The notes beneath the pieces were generated by a model. The model had not been told where the DNA came from. It searched no databases and was given only the letters and a program-made list of their open reading frames with translations. From NCBI GenBank assembly GCA_964364045.1, contig CAYIKL010000003.1, positions 1 through 48,611 on the forward strand: 48,611 nucleotides of DNA, in the 5' to 3' direction. Of this stretch, positions 9,031-16,813 are shown one piece after another. Origin of the DNA: an uncultured Methanosarcinales archaeon (GTDB lineage: Archaea > Nanobdellota > Nanobdellia > Woesearchaeales > JAGLXL01). Each line of letters starts with the position of its first letter. The first letter of the stretch is position 1. The position numbers and the translations under genes were made by a program.

Positions 9031-9231
9031 ATGATTATTTATCACGTGCTTCAGTGCCCAAAATGCGGCAGGCATCAGTCAACAGCTGCAGATATTCTGA
9101 AATGCAAGTACTGCAACAAGTCAACAACAATAACAGGCAAAAATGGGCATGTCAGGGTGAACATCAAGGCAACCACTGCTGATCCGTCACAGGCTGCAGA
9201 GACGGTGAGAAGGTTGAATCAACCTAAGTAG
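9031..9231 (+). CDS. Small zinc-ribbon protein
   Basis: CPKC-x14-CKYC arrangement in a 66-aa protein, with a well-placed TATA. Confidence 0.6.
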   Translation: MIIYHVLQCPKCGRHQSTAADILKCKYCNKSTTITGKNGHVRVNIKATTADPSQAAETVRRLNQPK

Positions 9232-9413
9232 TGAAACGCAGCATAAAAATAGACATTCTGTAAAAGGTAGTCTTCTGTTGGAGTGTCGCCCCTCAACTCA
9301 TCAACCTGAGACCTTAGATGTGCTGGAATCTTCCTTCTCATTCGGACAGCTGCTTCCAAAAATGCAAGGCATTTTTGCGAACCTTTATATAATCCTTCCC
9401 CCTATCCTGTGCT

Positions 9414-9596
9414 ATGTCACTTGAAGAAACACAATCACGGCTGGAAGTCATGCGGCAGAAGCTTGCCATCATGCAGTGGGATGTCGACCACGACCAGATG
9501 AACCCAGCTAAAAAACATAAATTTGATAAGCTCAAAGAAGATTGTGCCAAACTTGAAGAGGAGTTAAAGGCCACAGCATCGGTCGTTCAGCAATGA
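9414..9596 (+). CDS. Small coiled-coil protein (60 aa)
   Basis: A TATA (cctttatataatcc) lies about 25 nt upstream. The stop overlaps the next start (ATGA at 9593). Confidence 0.4.
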   Translation: MSLEETQSRLEVMRQKLAIMQWDVDHDQMNPAKKHKFDKLKEDCAKLEEELKATASVVQQ

Positions 9597-9781
9597 AACA
9601 CTTCACCAAAATTAAGCCAGGGGCTGTCAAGCTGCAAAAGGCAGCCATATGCCAGGAATGCCGCGGCCGGGTAGACACGACAAAGGACTATTTCACGCTT
9701 GAAGCGCACTGGAGCATCAAGCGAAAAGCGGACAAACACACATACTGTAGCCTGAAGTGCATGAAGCAATGGGCAACCTAA
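9593..9781 (+). CDS. Small TRASH/zinc-ribbon-like protein
   Basis: CQEC-x27-CSLKC with ...YCSLKCMKQW, resembling TRASH metal-binding domains. Translationally coupled to its neighbours. Confidence 0.5.
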   Translation: MKHFTKIKPGAVKLQKAAICQECRGRVDTTKDYFTLEAHWSIKRKADKHTYCSLKCMKQWAT

Positions 9782-10131
9782 CATTTTACCAGCATAACAA
9801 CATCGATTGCGCCAACTGCCCGGTCAATAATTTCTGTTGCACGTTGAAGGTGAAACTTTCTCTCAAAGATCGATTCCGTATCCTCTGGCATCACCGATTG
9901 CGGACAAAACAGTATGCAGATAGACTGCTGGACAACAGCGGCTGGGGCATCAAGCTTGTCAATGGTGACTGCTTCTTTTTAAAACGTCCTGAAGGAAAAC
10001 CAGCATACTGCAGCATTTATGACGCACGCCCGGACATCTGCAAAAAATTTCCCCACTTTTATGAAGATATCAACGATTGCAGGGATGTAGTGAAGAAGTG
10101 GAAAATAGGAGTAAAAAATGACCGAGCTTAG
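9769..10131 (+). CDS. YkgJ-family (CxxCxxCC) zinc/iron-chelating domain protein
   Basis: CANCPVNNFCC plus CFFL...YCSIYDARPDICKKFP. The track start at 9757 is GTG; ATG 9769 is used here. Confidence 0.7.
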   Translation: MGNLTFYQHNNIDCANCPVNNFCCTLKVKLSLKDRFRILWHHRLRTKQYADRLLDNSGWGIKLVNGDCFFLKRPEGKPAYCSIYDARPDICKKFPHFYEDINDCRDVVKKWKIGVKNDRA

Positions 10132-10783
10132 TATTGTACGAAGAGAGATCAGTGCCGCAACGTTTGGCACGGTCGCAGGCCTTGCACAGCGTGCACGATA
10201 TCTGAGAAACGCTGGTATTTTCACCGAGCATTTCGTTGATGGAATGACATGGTTTATGGATAGGCTGTATTATGAGCAGAGGCTTGACCAGCGCTACGGC
10301 CGATTTCAATTTCCTGACCAATCACCTTTGGTTTATGCGGTAGGAGAACTGGGGCGTCCGGCGCGCCAGCGCGATCGGACAGGAGCAAGACCAATCATCA
10401 ACATCAGCAATCAGGTTGTTCAGTCATATTACGCTGCGCTGGAATATCTGTGCAAACCAGGAGAACAGCCCGACAAATATGGCGAAGTTGTAAAGCTTGA
10501 CGTGAGCAATGTCCTGCTAATGAATGAGCGCGCAGTAGAATTGGGAAGATTGATTGCAGATGCAAAGCTGGAAAAAGAACCCAAGCTTCGCGATTGCGCC
10601 CCAGAAGAACTAAGGGAGCGACTCAGAGATGAAGAAAGAGAGAGGCAAGTCATTGCCGAAGCGGTGAGATATGGAACTGCGCTTGGGCTGCACACCGATC
10701 ACGTGTGGCGTTTTTTTAAAGAGCTCATTGCTATGACACTCGATGTCCAAGTCAAATATATTGAACACGCTAAATCTATTTAA
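10118..10783 (+). CDS. Protein with an unknown N-terminal domain and a C-terminal AroQ-type chorismate mutase domain
   Basis: The C-terminal ~95 aa align by hand to E. coli CM. Catalytic residues are at matching spacing: NER (R28), AK (K39), DEERER (D48/R51/E52), then T at +32 and Q at +36 (S84/Q88). Confidence 0.55.
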   Translation: MTELSIVRREISAATFGTVAGLAQRARYLRNAGIFTEHFVDGMTWFMDRLYYEQRLDQRYGRFQFPDQSPLVYAVGELGRPARQRDRTGARPIINISNQVVQSYYAALEYLCKPGEQPDKYGEVVKLDVSNVLLMNERAVELGRLIADAKLEKEPKLRDCAPEELRERLRDEERERQVIAEAVRYGTALGLHTDHVWRFFKELIAMTLDVQVKYIEHAKSI

Positions 10784-10897
10784 ATCACACAATTGAGCGT
10801 TTTCATGGAACAAGAGATACAGATGGCTTACACAAAGCAATTGTAGATTTCCTTCGAGAGCATAAAGATTTAAATAAAGCAGAATAGGCGTATAGTT

Positions 10898-12229
10898 ATG
10901 GTCCTCGACAAACTCGGCACCTCATTGAAAGCAGCATTGAGCAAGATAGCAAACGCGCTCTTCGTCGACGACACGTTAATAAATGAGTTAACGCGTGAAA
11001 TACAGCGCGCACTGCTGCAATCAGATGTGAACGTGCAGTTGGTTTCAGATCTAACTAAAAGCATCAAGGCACGTGCAAAAGAAACTTCCCGCCTGACAAA
11101 AAAAGAGCAGCTGATCAACATTGTCTATGAAGAGCTGACCAATTTCCTTGGCAAAGAGCCAAAGGAAATAAAATTGCCCACAAAGATAATGCTCATCGGC
11201 TTGTTCGGCAACGGAAAGACAACAACCGCAGGAAAACTTGCAAAATTCTATAAAAAGCGTGGCAACAAAGTAGCATTGATCCAAACCGACACATGGCGAC
11301 CTGCCGCATACGAGCAGCTCAAACAGCTTGCAGCACAGGTTGGTGTTGACTTTTATGGCATAAAAAATGAAAAAGATCCGGTAAATATATACAACAGCGC
11401 AAAACTATCAAACTATGATGTTGTCATTATCGACACCGCAGGAAGAGACGCATTAAGCGCTGACCTCATTAAAGAATTAAATAACATTAACAACGTAATG
11501 AAAGCTGATGAACGAATTCTGGTCATGGCGGCTGATCTTGGCCAGGCTGCGCAAAAGCAGGCAGAAACATTCCATAAAACCGTGAATGTTACCTCTGTCA
11601 TCATCACAAAATTGGATGGCACAGCAAAAGGTGGTGGTGCATTAACCGCCTGCGCGATAACAAAAGCGCCGGTTGCATTCATCGGGATAGGAGAAAAGAT
11701 TGATGAGTTCGAGCAGTTCAATCCCAAACGCTTTGTCTCGCGCTTGCTCGGCATGGGCGATATTGAAACGCTGTTGGAAAAAGCAAAAGAATCAATCACT
11801 GAAGAAAAAGCAGAAGATTTAGGCAAGCGTTTCCTCAAAGGAGAATTTAATTTGTTGGATTTATACGATCAAATGCAGGCGATGAGCAAGATGGGCTCAT
11901 TGAGCAAACTAGCAGAGATGATTCCTGGCTTTTCACAACTGAAAATTCCAAAAGAATTGCTGGGCGTGCAGGAGGAGAAATTAAAAAAATGGCGCTTTGC
12001 AATGGATTCCATGACCAAACAAGAGCTTGAAGAGCCCGAATGCATCACAGGAAAACGTGTCGAGCGCATTGCCTCTGGCTCAGGATTGAAAGTGCAGGAT
12101 GTGCGTGAGTTGTTAAAGCAGTATGCACAGGCAAAGAAGATGGGCAAGATGCTCAAGGGCGGCAGAAACATGAAGAAATTGATGAAGCAGTTTGGTGGAA
12201 AATTGCCTGCTGGATTTGAGATGGGATGA
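10898..12229 (+). CDS. srp54: Signal recognition particle protein SRP54
   Basis: GLFGNGKTTT, DTAGR and TKLDG GTPase motifs, with a Met-rich M domain. TATA gatttaaataaag lies about 25 nt upstream. Confidence 0.95.
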   Translation: MVLDKLGTSLKAALSKIANALFVDDTLINELTREIQRALLQSDVNVQLVSDLTKSIKARAKETSRLTKKEQLINIVYEELTNFLGKEPKEIKLPTKIMLIGLFGNGKTTTAGKLAKFYKKRGNKVALIQTDTWRPAAYEQLKQLAAQVGVDFYGIKNEKDPVNIYNSAKLSNYDVVIIDTAGRDALSADLIKELNNINNVMKADERILVMAADLGQAAQKQAETFHKTVNVTSVIITKLDGTAKGGGALTACAITKAPVAFIGIGEKIDEFEQFNPKRFVSRLLGMGDIETLLEKAKESITEEKAEDLGKRFLKGEFNLLDLYDQMQAMSKMGSLSKLAEMIPGFSQLKIPKELLGVQEEKLKKWRFAMDSMTKQELEEPECITGKRVERIASGSGLKVQDVRELLKQYAQAKKMGKMLKGGRNMKKLMKQFGGKLPAGFEMG

Positions 12230-12385
12230 TGAGGGGATGAAATCACTGTTATCAGAATTCTACCCCAAAGTTCCAAAGAGAGATGACCAATTTCATGCAC
12301 GTCACATAGGCTTTGAAGAAAAAGCCGAAAACCTTTTTGTTAAAGATAGGAATATTATATCATAATAGAGTGCAGAACGATACAT

Positions 12386-12523
12386 CTAAACAAACACCGG
12401 CACGCCATCTCTGATCTCAAAGCTTCGCACGCATTCCTTGCAAAACAGCATGCTTTTATTCAACTCCAGGCTTCCTTTGCATTCTGGACAGGCTAAAACC
12501 TCAAGCAGTTCTTTATTCATCAT
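12386..12523 (-). CDS. trm112: Trm112-like small zinc-ribbon protein
   Basis: MMNKELLEVLACPECKGSLEL...CKEC...FEIRDGVPVF. ATG 12523 has TATA tttatata about 23-27 nt upstream; the longer track ORF starts with GTG. Confidence 0.75.
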   Translation of the reverse strand: MMNKELLEVLACPECKGSLELNKSMLFCKECVRSFEIRDGVPVFV

Positions 12524-12662
12524 AGAACAAAAACAGCACATTTTCCTATATAAATCTTCCCTTTTCACAAAAATCGCAGAAAAGTTTATATACTAGTTTA
12601 CCTAATAATATATAAATCTGCTGGTGTTACTGGCAGATTACAAGCTGGGGTGGAGCCAGAAC

Positions 12663-13595
12663 ATGCAAATTTTACGAAAAGCTATCAAAGCATGCCAGGA
12701 ATGTGGCGGCAGCAACTTATTTAGAAATCAAGAGCGCGGCGAGATTATTTGCCGTGATTGTGGCCTTGTTTTAGAAGAAAAGATGGTCGACTTTGACCAG
12801 GAATGGCGTGAGTTTGACAGCGATGAAGGCGAAAAACGCCGAAGAACGGGCGCCCCGTCAACCTATACGCAATTTGATCAGGGCTTAGGCACTGAAGTCG
12901 GCCAAAAAGCTGATTTATACCGCCTGGGCAGCAGAAAAGATAAGAACAAGTTCTTTAGGCTGCGAAAGTGGCAGTATCGTATCTCAACTGCGATTGAGCG
13001 CAACCTCAAGGTTGCACTGGCAGAATTGAAGCGTGTCGGCTCATTTTTAAAATTACCCAAAAGCGTCGAAGAAGAAGCTGCGCGCATCTACACGTTAGCA
13101 GTCCAGCGCGGTTTAGTGCGCGGCCGATCGATGGAATCAGTCGTTGCAGGCGCATTATATGCCGCATGCAGACGACATGAAGTTCCGAGAACACTCGATG
13201 AGATGAGTGAAGCTTCGGGCATTGAAAAGAAAGAAATCGGCAGAACCTATCGTTTTGTCACACGAGAACTAAGCATTAACATTCTGCCCAGCAATCCTGC
13301 AGATTACATTCCGCGCTTTGCATCTGCATTAGGCTTGACATCAGTCACGCAAACACGTGCAGTTGAAATTCTTGAGGAAGCGCGCCAGTCTGAATTAACC
13401 TCAGGCCGCGGTCCAACAGGCATTGCAGCTGCAGCATTGTACGTATCAAGTTTAATCCACGGCGAGAAACGAACACAGCGTGAAGTTGCTGATGTTGCAG
13501 GTGTGACTGAAGTGACGATTAGGAACAGGTATAAAGAATTGATCAAAGAGCTGAAGTTGGATAAGGAAGTCGAGAAGAAGAACAAGAAGAAGTGA
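12663..13595 (+). CDS. tfb: Transcription initiation factor TFB
   Basis: N-terminal zinc ribbon CQECGG...CRDCG, then two cyclin-like repeats. Upstream are TATA aatatataaat (12607-12617) and an SD-like GGGGTGGAG before ATG 12663. Confidence 0.95.
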   Translation: MQILRKAIKACQECGGSNLFRNQERGEIICRDCGLVLEEKMVDFDQEWREFDSDEGEKRRRTGAPSTYTQFDQGLGTEVGQKADLYRLGSRKDKNKFFRLRKWQYRISTAIERNLKVALAELKRVGSFLKLPKSVEEEAARIYTLAVQRGLVRGRSMESVVAGALYAACRRHEVPRTLDEMSEASGIEKKEIGRTYRFVTRELSINILPSNPADYIPRFASALGLTSVTQTRAVEILEEARQSELTSGRGPTGIAAAALYVSSLIHGEKRTQREVADVAGVTEVTIRNRYKELIKELKLDKEVEKKNKKK

Positions 13596-13626
13596 TTTCT
13601 GCTTTGTAAGACAGTATTGGGACCAA

Positions 13627-14442
13627 ATGAGATACGCAATCCTCTCCGACATTCACGGCAACCTTGAAGCGCTTGAGGCAGTACTAAAACACATGAAGGA
13701 TCAGGGCATCGATCGCATTGTTTGTCTGGGCGATACCATCGACTACGGGCCGAATCCAAAAGACTGTCTTGAAAAGATAGAAAGCGGTATTCAGCTTATG
13801 CAGGTTGAAATACGAGAGCCGAGAAGCGAGCGCTGTGCATCGGCATATATCAAACCAATCCTGAAAGGAAATCATGAAGAGCAGAAGTATCATAAATTAG
13901 AAATCGCCCAGTGGACTCGAAGACAGCTGCCCGACGAAGTAAGAACGCGGCTAAGAGCGCTCCCATTTGCCATGAGAATAGATCCAAAACAATACAACGG
14001 TAAACGAGAGATTCTGTTAACACATGGTGAATGGACTGCACCACATAAATTCAAGTATCTGTATCCCTATGTAGAAGATGGATTACTCCGAGCAAACGTA
14101 GCCAATATGGAAGAAAGAGACATCTTATGCTGCGGGCACACACACATACCAGCAATATTCAATCGAGAAAGATGGGAAATCCCGCCACCTGACCAAGAAG
14201 AGAGTGAATATCTTCTTCAGGGAGATGGAAAAGTTATCGTTAATGTAGGTTCAGTTGGTCAGCCACGAATGCAAAGCGACGACAGAGCAACGTATGTTAC
14301 CTATGACACAACAACAGACAGAGTAACGTTTCACCGAGTAAAATATGAGTATGGCATAACCCGAGAAAAGATCATGGCAATCGAAGAGGTGAGTAAAGGA
14401 ACAAGAGAAAAGCTGGCACTATCACTTGGCCCATATAAGTGA
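13627..14442 (+). CDS. Calcineurin-like metallophosphoesterase
   Basis: SDIHGN, LGDTIDYGP, GNHE and GHTH motifs. Confidence 0.85.
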   Translation: MRYAILSDIHGNLEALEAVLKHMKDQGIDRIVCLGDTIDYGPNPKDCLEKIESGIQLMQVEIREPRSERCASAYIKPILKGNHEEQKYHKLEIAQWTRRQLPDEVRTRLRALPFAMRIDPKQYNGKREILLTHGEWTAPHKFKYLYPYVEDGLLRANVANMEERDILCCGHTHIPAIFNRERWEIPPPDQEESEYLLQGDGKVIVNVGSVGQPRMQSDDRATYVTYDTTTDRVTFHRVKYEYGITREKIMAIEEVSKGTREKLALSLGPYK

Positions 14443-14732
14443 AAGTAACGTCTTTCAAAATCAACAATAGTACCATTATTTACCTCAACCCCTTCCTTCC
14501 TCAGCATCTCAACCTTCTTCCCCACCCCATGCGCAAACCCACCGACACGTCCATTAGCACAAACAACACGATGACAGGGCACATGAGAAAACGGATTTTT
14601 GTTCAGCGCATTGCCCACTGCACGATAACCTTGATGCCCAAGCGCTTGTGCAATTGCTTTATACGTCGTAACCTTTCCTTTTGGGACCATTTTACAGCAT
14701 TCATACACCCGAGATTCAAACGCAGTAATCAT
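14331..14732 (-). CDS. ogt: Methylated-DNA-protein-cysteine methyltransferase, catalytic-domain-only form with a C-terminal extension
   Basis: VPKGKVTTYKAIA...NALNKNP...VPCHRVV (PCHRV active site). The start overlaps the upstream stop (ATGA at 14729-14732). The last ~35 aa run antisense into the phosphoesterase gene. Confidence 0.8.
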   Translation of the reverse strand: MITAFESRVYECCKMVPKGKVTTYKAIAQALGHQGYRAVGNALNKNPFSHVPCHRVVCANGRVGGFAHGVGKKVEMLRKEGVEVNNGTIVDFERRYFHLYGPSDSASFSLVPLLTSSIAMIFSRVMPYSYFTR

Positions 14733-15877
14733 AGCACCGCATCCATGATGTGGGTGAGATGAGCAATATCAGGAAACTGTTTGTATTCACGCGCATATCG
14801 CCTGAGTGTATGCACATTGACAAGCAAGCCCTTTTTCTTTAACAACGGCGCAATGGAGCAGATGAACTGCACAAACTGTGTCACATTCTTTGGCTTGTTC
14901 GTTTTATATACACGTTCAAAGTCAAGCAGCACGGGAACGTCCTTCACCACGATATGCTTGACCGGATGATGCATCTCTTCCTTGTTCACTCCAAGTTGAT
15001 CAAGCGTAAAGCACTGCTGCAGCACATCAAACAAGACCTTCTTCACTGCCTTGCTCTTCTCAATGAAATCAAGAATAAATGCACCTTCAACAAACGAATA
15101 GATAATATAGTGATCACCTGCATACAATAGTTTTGGGCCAATGCCTTCTTTATTCAGCCGCTTCAGCCATTTCGCTTCATTCTTTAATCTTCCCACCGCC
15201 TCACTATCTCTCTTTTTTATTTTCACTGCAACTTTATTTCCTTTGTATTTACCGGTAAAGATGAGTCCACGTTTCCCATGGCTGAAATAAGCAAGATTCT
15301 TCACTTTCTTCTGTACTGAAAGAACGACCGGGTTCCATTCAAGTTTATAGCAATACAGTTTTTCCATGAACAGTTTTTGTGATTCAAGCTCGTCAAAAAT
15401 AAATCCGTTCTGCTCGATCAGTTTGTCAACCATTCCTTTATTCGTTAATGAAGAAAACACGATGAGAATGTGTCCATTTTCTTTAAGAAAATTGCCTGCA
15501 TTGCTGAGAAACAGCTCAAGCAGCTCATGGCCCTTCTTTCCACCTGCTAAGGCAACCGCATCATCTTTCGATTCACGTTTATCCTTTGGCAGATAGGGCG
15601 GATTGAAAATGATCGTGTCAAAACGTATTTTTTTCAGCGAAGAAAACAGATTCGAAACGCCGAACACGATTTTGTTGCTTTCCCGATGACGCTCACAGTA
15701 CGCAACTGCTTCTTTGTCAATGTCAACCGCGATGACCTTCTTGACGCTTCTTTTTGCCGCAGCAGTTTCTGCCTGTACGCCTGAACCCGTGCCCATGTCA
15801 AGAACAAAGCCGCGAGCAAACTGTTTCACGTACATACGCAACAGTTCAGAATCTTCGCGTGGATGGTAGACGGGCAT
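14729..15877 (-). CDS. Fusion of an Mtq2/HemK-like methyltransferase (N-terminal) and a Bud32/RIO-like, probably degenerate, kinase domain (C-terminal)
   Basis: N-terminal: VYHPREDSELL, VLDMGTGSG, IIFNPPYLP (NPPY). C-terminal: GKRGLIFTGKYKGNKVAVKIKK (G-loop plus Lys) and LLDFERV. The catalytic-loop position reads MHHPVKHIVV instead of HGDL..N. Confidence 0.7.
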   Translation of the reverse strand: MPVYHPREDSELLRMYVKQFARGFVLDMGTGSGVQAETAAAKRSVKKVIAVDIDKEAVAYCERHRESNKIVFGVSNLFSSLKKIRFDTIIFNPPYLPKDKRESKDDAVALAGGKKGHELLELFLSNAGNFLKENGHILIVFSSLTNKGMVDKLIEQNGFIFDELESQKLFMEKLYCYKLEWNPVVLSVQKKVKNLAYFSHGKRGLIFTGKYKGNKVAVKIKKRDSEAVGRLKNEAKWLKRLNKEGIGPKLLYAGDHYIIYSFVEGAFILDFIEKSKAVKKVLFDVLQQCFTLDQLGVNKEEMHHPVKHIVVKDVPVLLDFERVYKTNKPKNVTQFVQFICSIAPLLKKKGLLVNVHTLRRYAREYKQFPDIAHLTHIMDAVL

Positions 15878-15879
15878 GG

Positions 15880-16341
15880 TTAATACTCTTCATCCACCTT
15901 CTTCAAATACTCTTTCACCCTTCCCATAATCGATTGCAGCAAAAACCCTTCGCCCTTCTCACTAAACACTTCCGACAGCGGCAAAAACTCAGTAACGCGA
16001 TACATATTTGCGTTTGATTCGATAAAAAACAGTTCTTTTAACCGCTTCAACTGCCTGCGCACGTTTGAATGTGCGATGCCTAACTGCTGCAGATTGTGCT
16101 TCTTCCGCATTTCAATGACTCTTTCACGAATCACATCAGAATGCAGCTCTTCCTTGTTCTTTTTCGCTTCCAACAGCACAAGAAACACATCCACAACAAC
16201 ATCTCTGCTGTCACCTGGCTGCAGTAAGCCAACGCTCAAGCACAATCGTTTTACTAAATCTCTCCCCGTAACGTCATTGGGCTTCTCATATCTTCTCAAT
16301 GTAAGTTCAGAAAGCGGAAGATCTTTTGCCACCTTTTGCAT
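15880..16341 (-). CDS. Putative winged-helix DNA-binding protein
   Basis: A 153-aa ORF, first gene of a three-gene same-strand unit. TATA atatattaat lies about 25 nt upstream. The wHTH assignment rests only on a general resemblance (LGIAHSNVRRQLKRL). Confidence 0.45.
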   Translation of the reverse strand: MQKVAKDLPLSELTLRRYEKPNDVTGRDLVKRLCLSVGLLQPGDSRDVVVDVFLVLLEAKKNKEELHSDVIRERVIEMRKKHNLQQLGIAHSNVRRQLKRLKELFFIESNANMYRVTEFLPLSEVFSEKGEGFLLQSIMGRVKEYLKKVDEEY

Positions 16342-16402
16342 AAAACCAATGATTGTTTATCGATATATTAATGTTTTGATGATAGTTTTTAGTAGATATT
16401 TG

Positions 16403-16504
16403 TGCACGCCACCTCAACGACGGCTGTCGGCTATGCTTCGCACAGCCTCGCTCGGCATCCCGTAGGGAGCAACCCCTGCCTCGCCAGCGCCGTCGTGGCG
16501 TGCA
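16403..16504 (-). ncRNA. GC-rich structured element, candidate small RNA of unknown class
   Basis: A 10-bp closing helix (tgcacgccac/gtggcgtgca) plus an adjacent 6-bp helix (gacggc/gccgtc), enclosing two hairpins. The 8-bp hairpin at 16429-16447 has a G-U pair on the minus strand and an A-C mismatch on the plus strand. Confidence 0.4.
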
Positions 16505-16556
16505 AATCCTCAACGATACCTAAAACTATATAAACCTCAAAATCAATACAACCCTC

Positions 16557-16811
16557 ATGACAGAACAAAAGATTGGCATAGTGCTGCATTACTTTGATAA
16601 CGCCAGTGTTGCAGCTTTAAAAGTTGAGAAAACTTTAAAGGTTGGCGACACAATCCACATTAAAGGACACACAACCGATCTCACTCAGAAAGTGGATAGC
16701 ATACAGATCAAACACAAAGCAATCCAGCAGGCAAAGAAGGGCGACGATGTGGGCATCAAAGTCAAAGATAGAGTGCGCGAACACGATGATGTTTTCAAAG
16801 TAACGGCGTAA
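16557..16811 (+). CDS. Small beta-barrel protein resembling EF-Tu domain II
   Basis: VGDTIHIKGHTTDLTQKVDSIQIKHKAIQQAKKGDDVGIKV resembles translation-factor domain II. TATA ctatataa lies about 26 nt upstream. Confidence 0.6.
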   Translation: MTEQKIGIVLHYFDNASVAALKVEKTLKVGDTIHIKGHTTDLTQKVDSIQIKHKAIQQAKKGDDVGIKVKDRVREHDDVFKVTA

Positions 16812-16813
16812 TT

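Noticed and set aside
12225-12330. Candidate C/D box sRNA, suggested by ATGATGA at the srp54 stop codon.
   Set aside because: No CTGA D box or terminal complementary stem lies at a suitable distance on either strand. The region looks like a convergent terminator, with an AAAAAG/CTTTTT hairpin and T-runs.
16403-16504. Possible identity of the GC-rich element as 5S rRNA, SRP RNA, tRNA or a purine-type riboswitch.
   Set aside because: There is no T-loop (GTTCRA) on either strand and no 5S loop C/E signatures. The GGGAGCAAC stretch recalls SRP helix 8, but the hairpin has a 3-nt loop and the wrong internal-loop geometry, and the element is far too short for archaeal 7S RNA. The junction sequences do not match the purine riboswitch.
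16076-16513. ORFs 16076-16465 (plus) and 16307-16513 (minus) crossing the GC-rich element.
   Set aside because: One is antisense to the wHTH gene. Both derive their length from the structured GC-rich segment, and the translations are Arg/Ser/Cys-rich and not credible.
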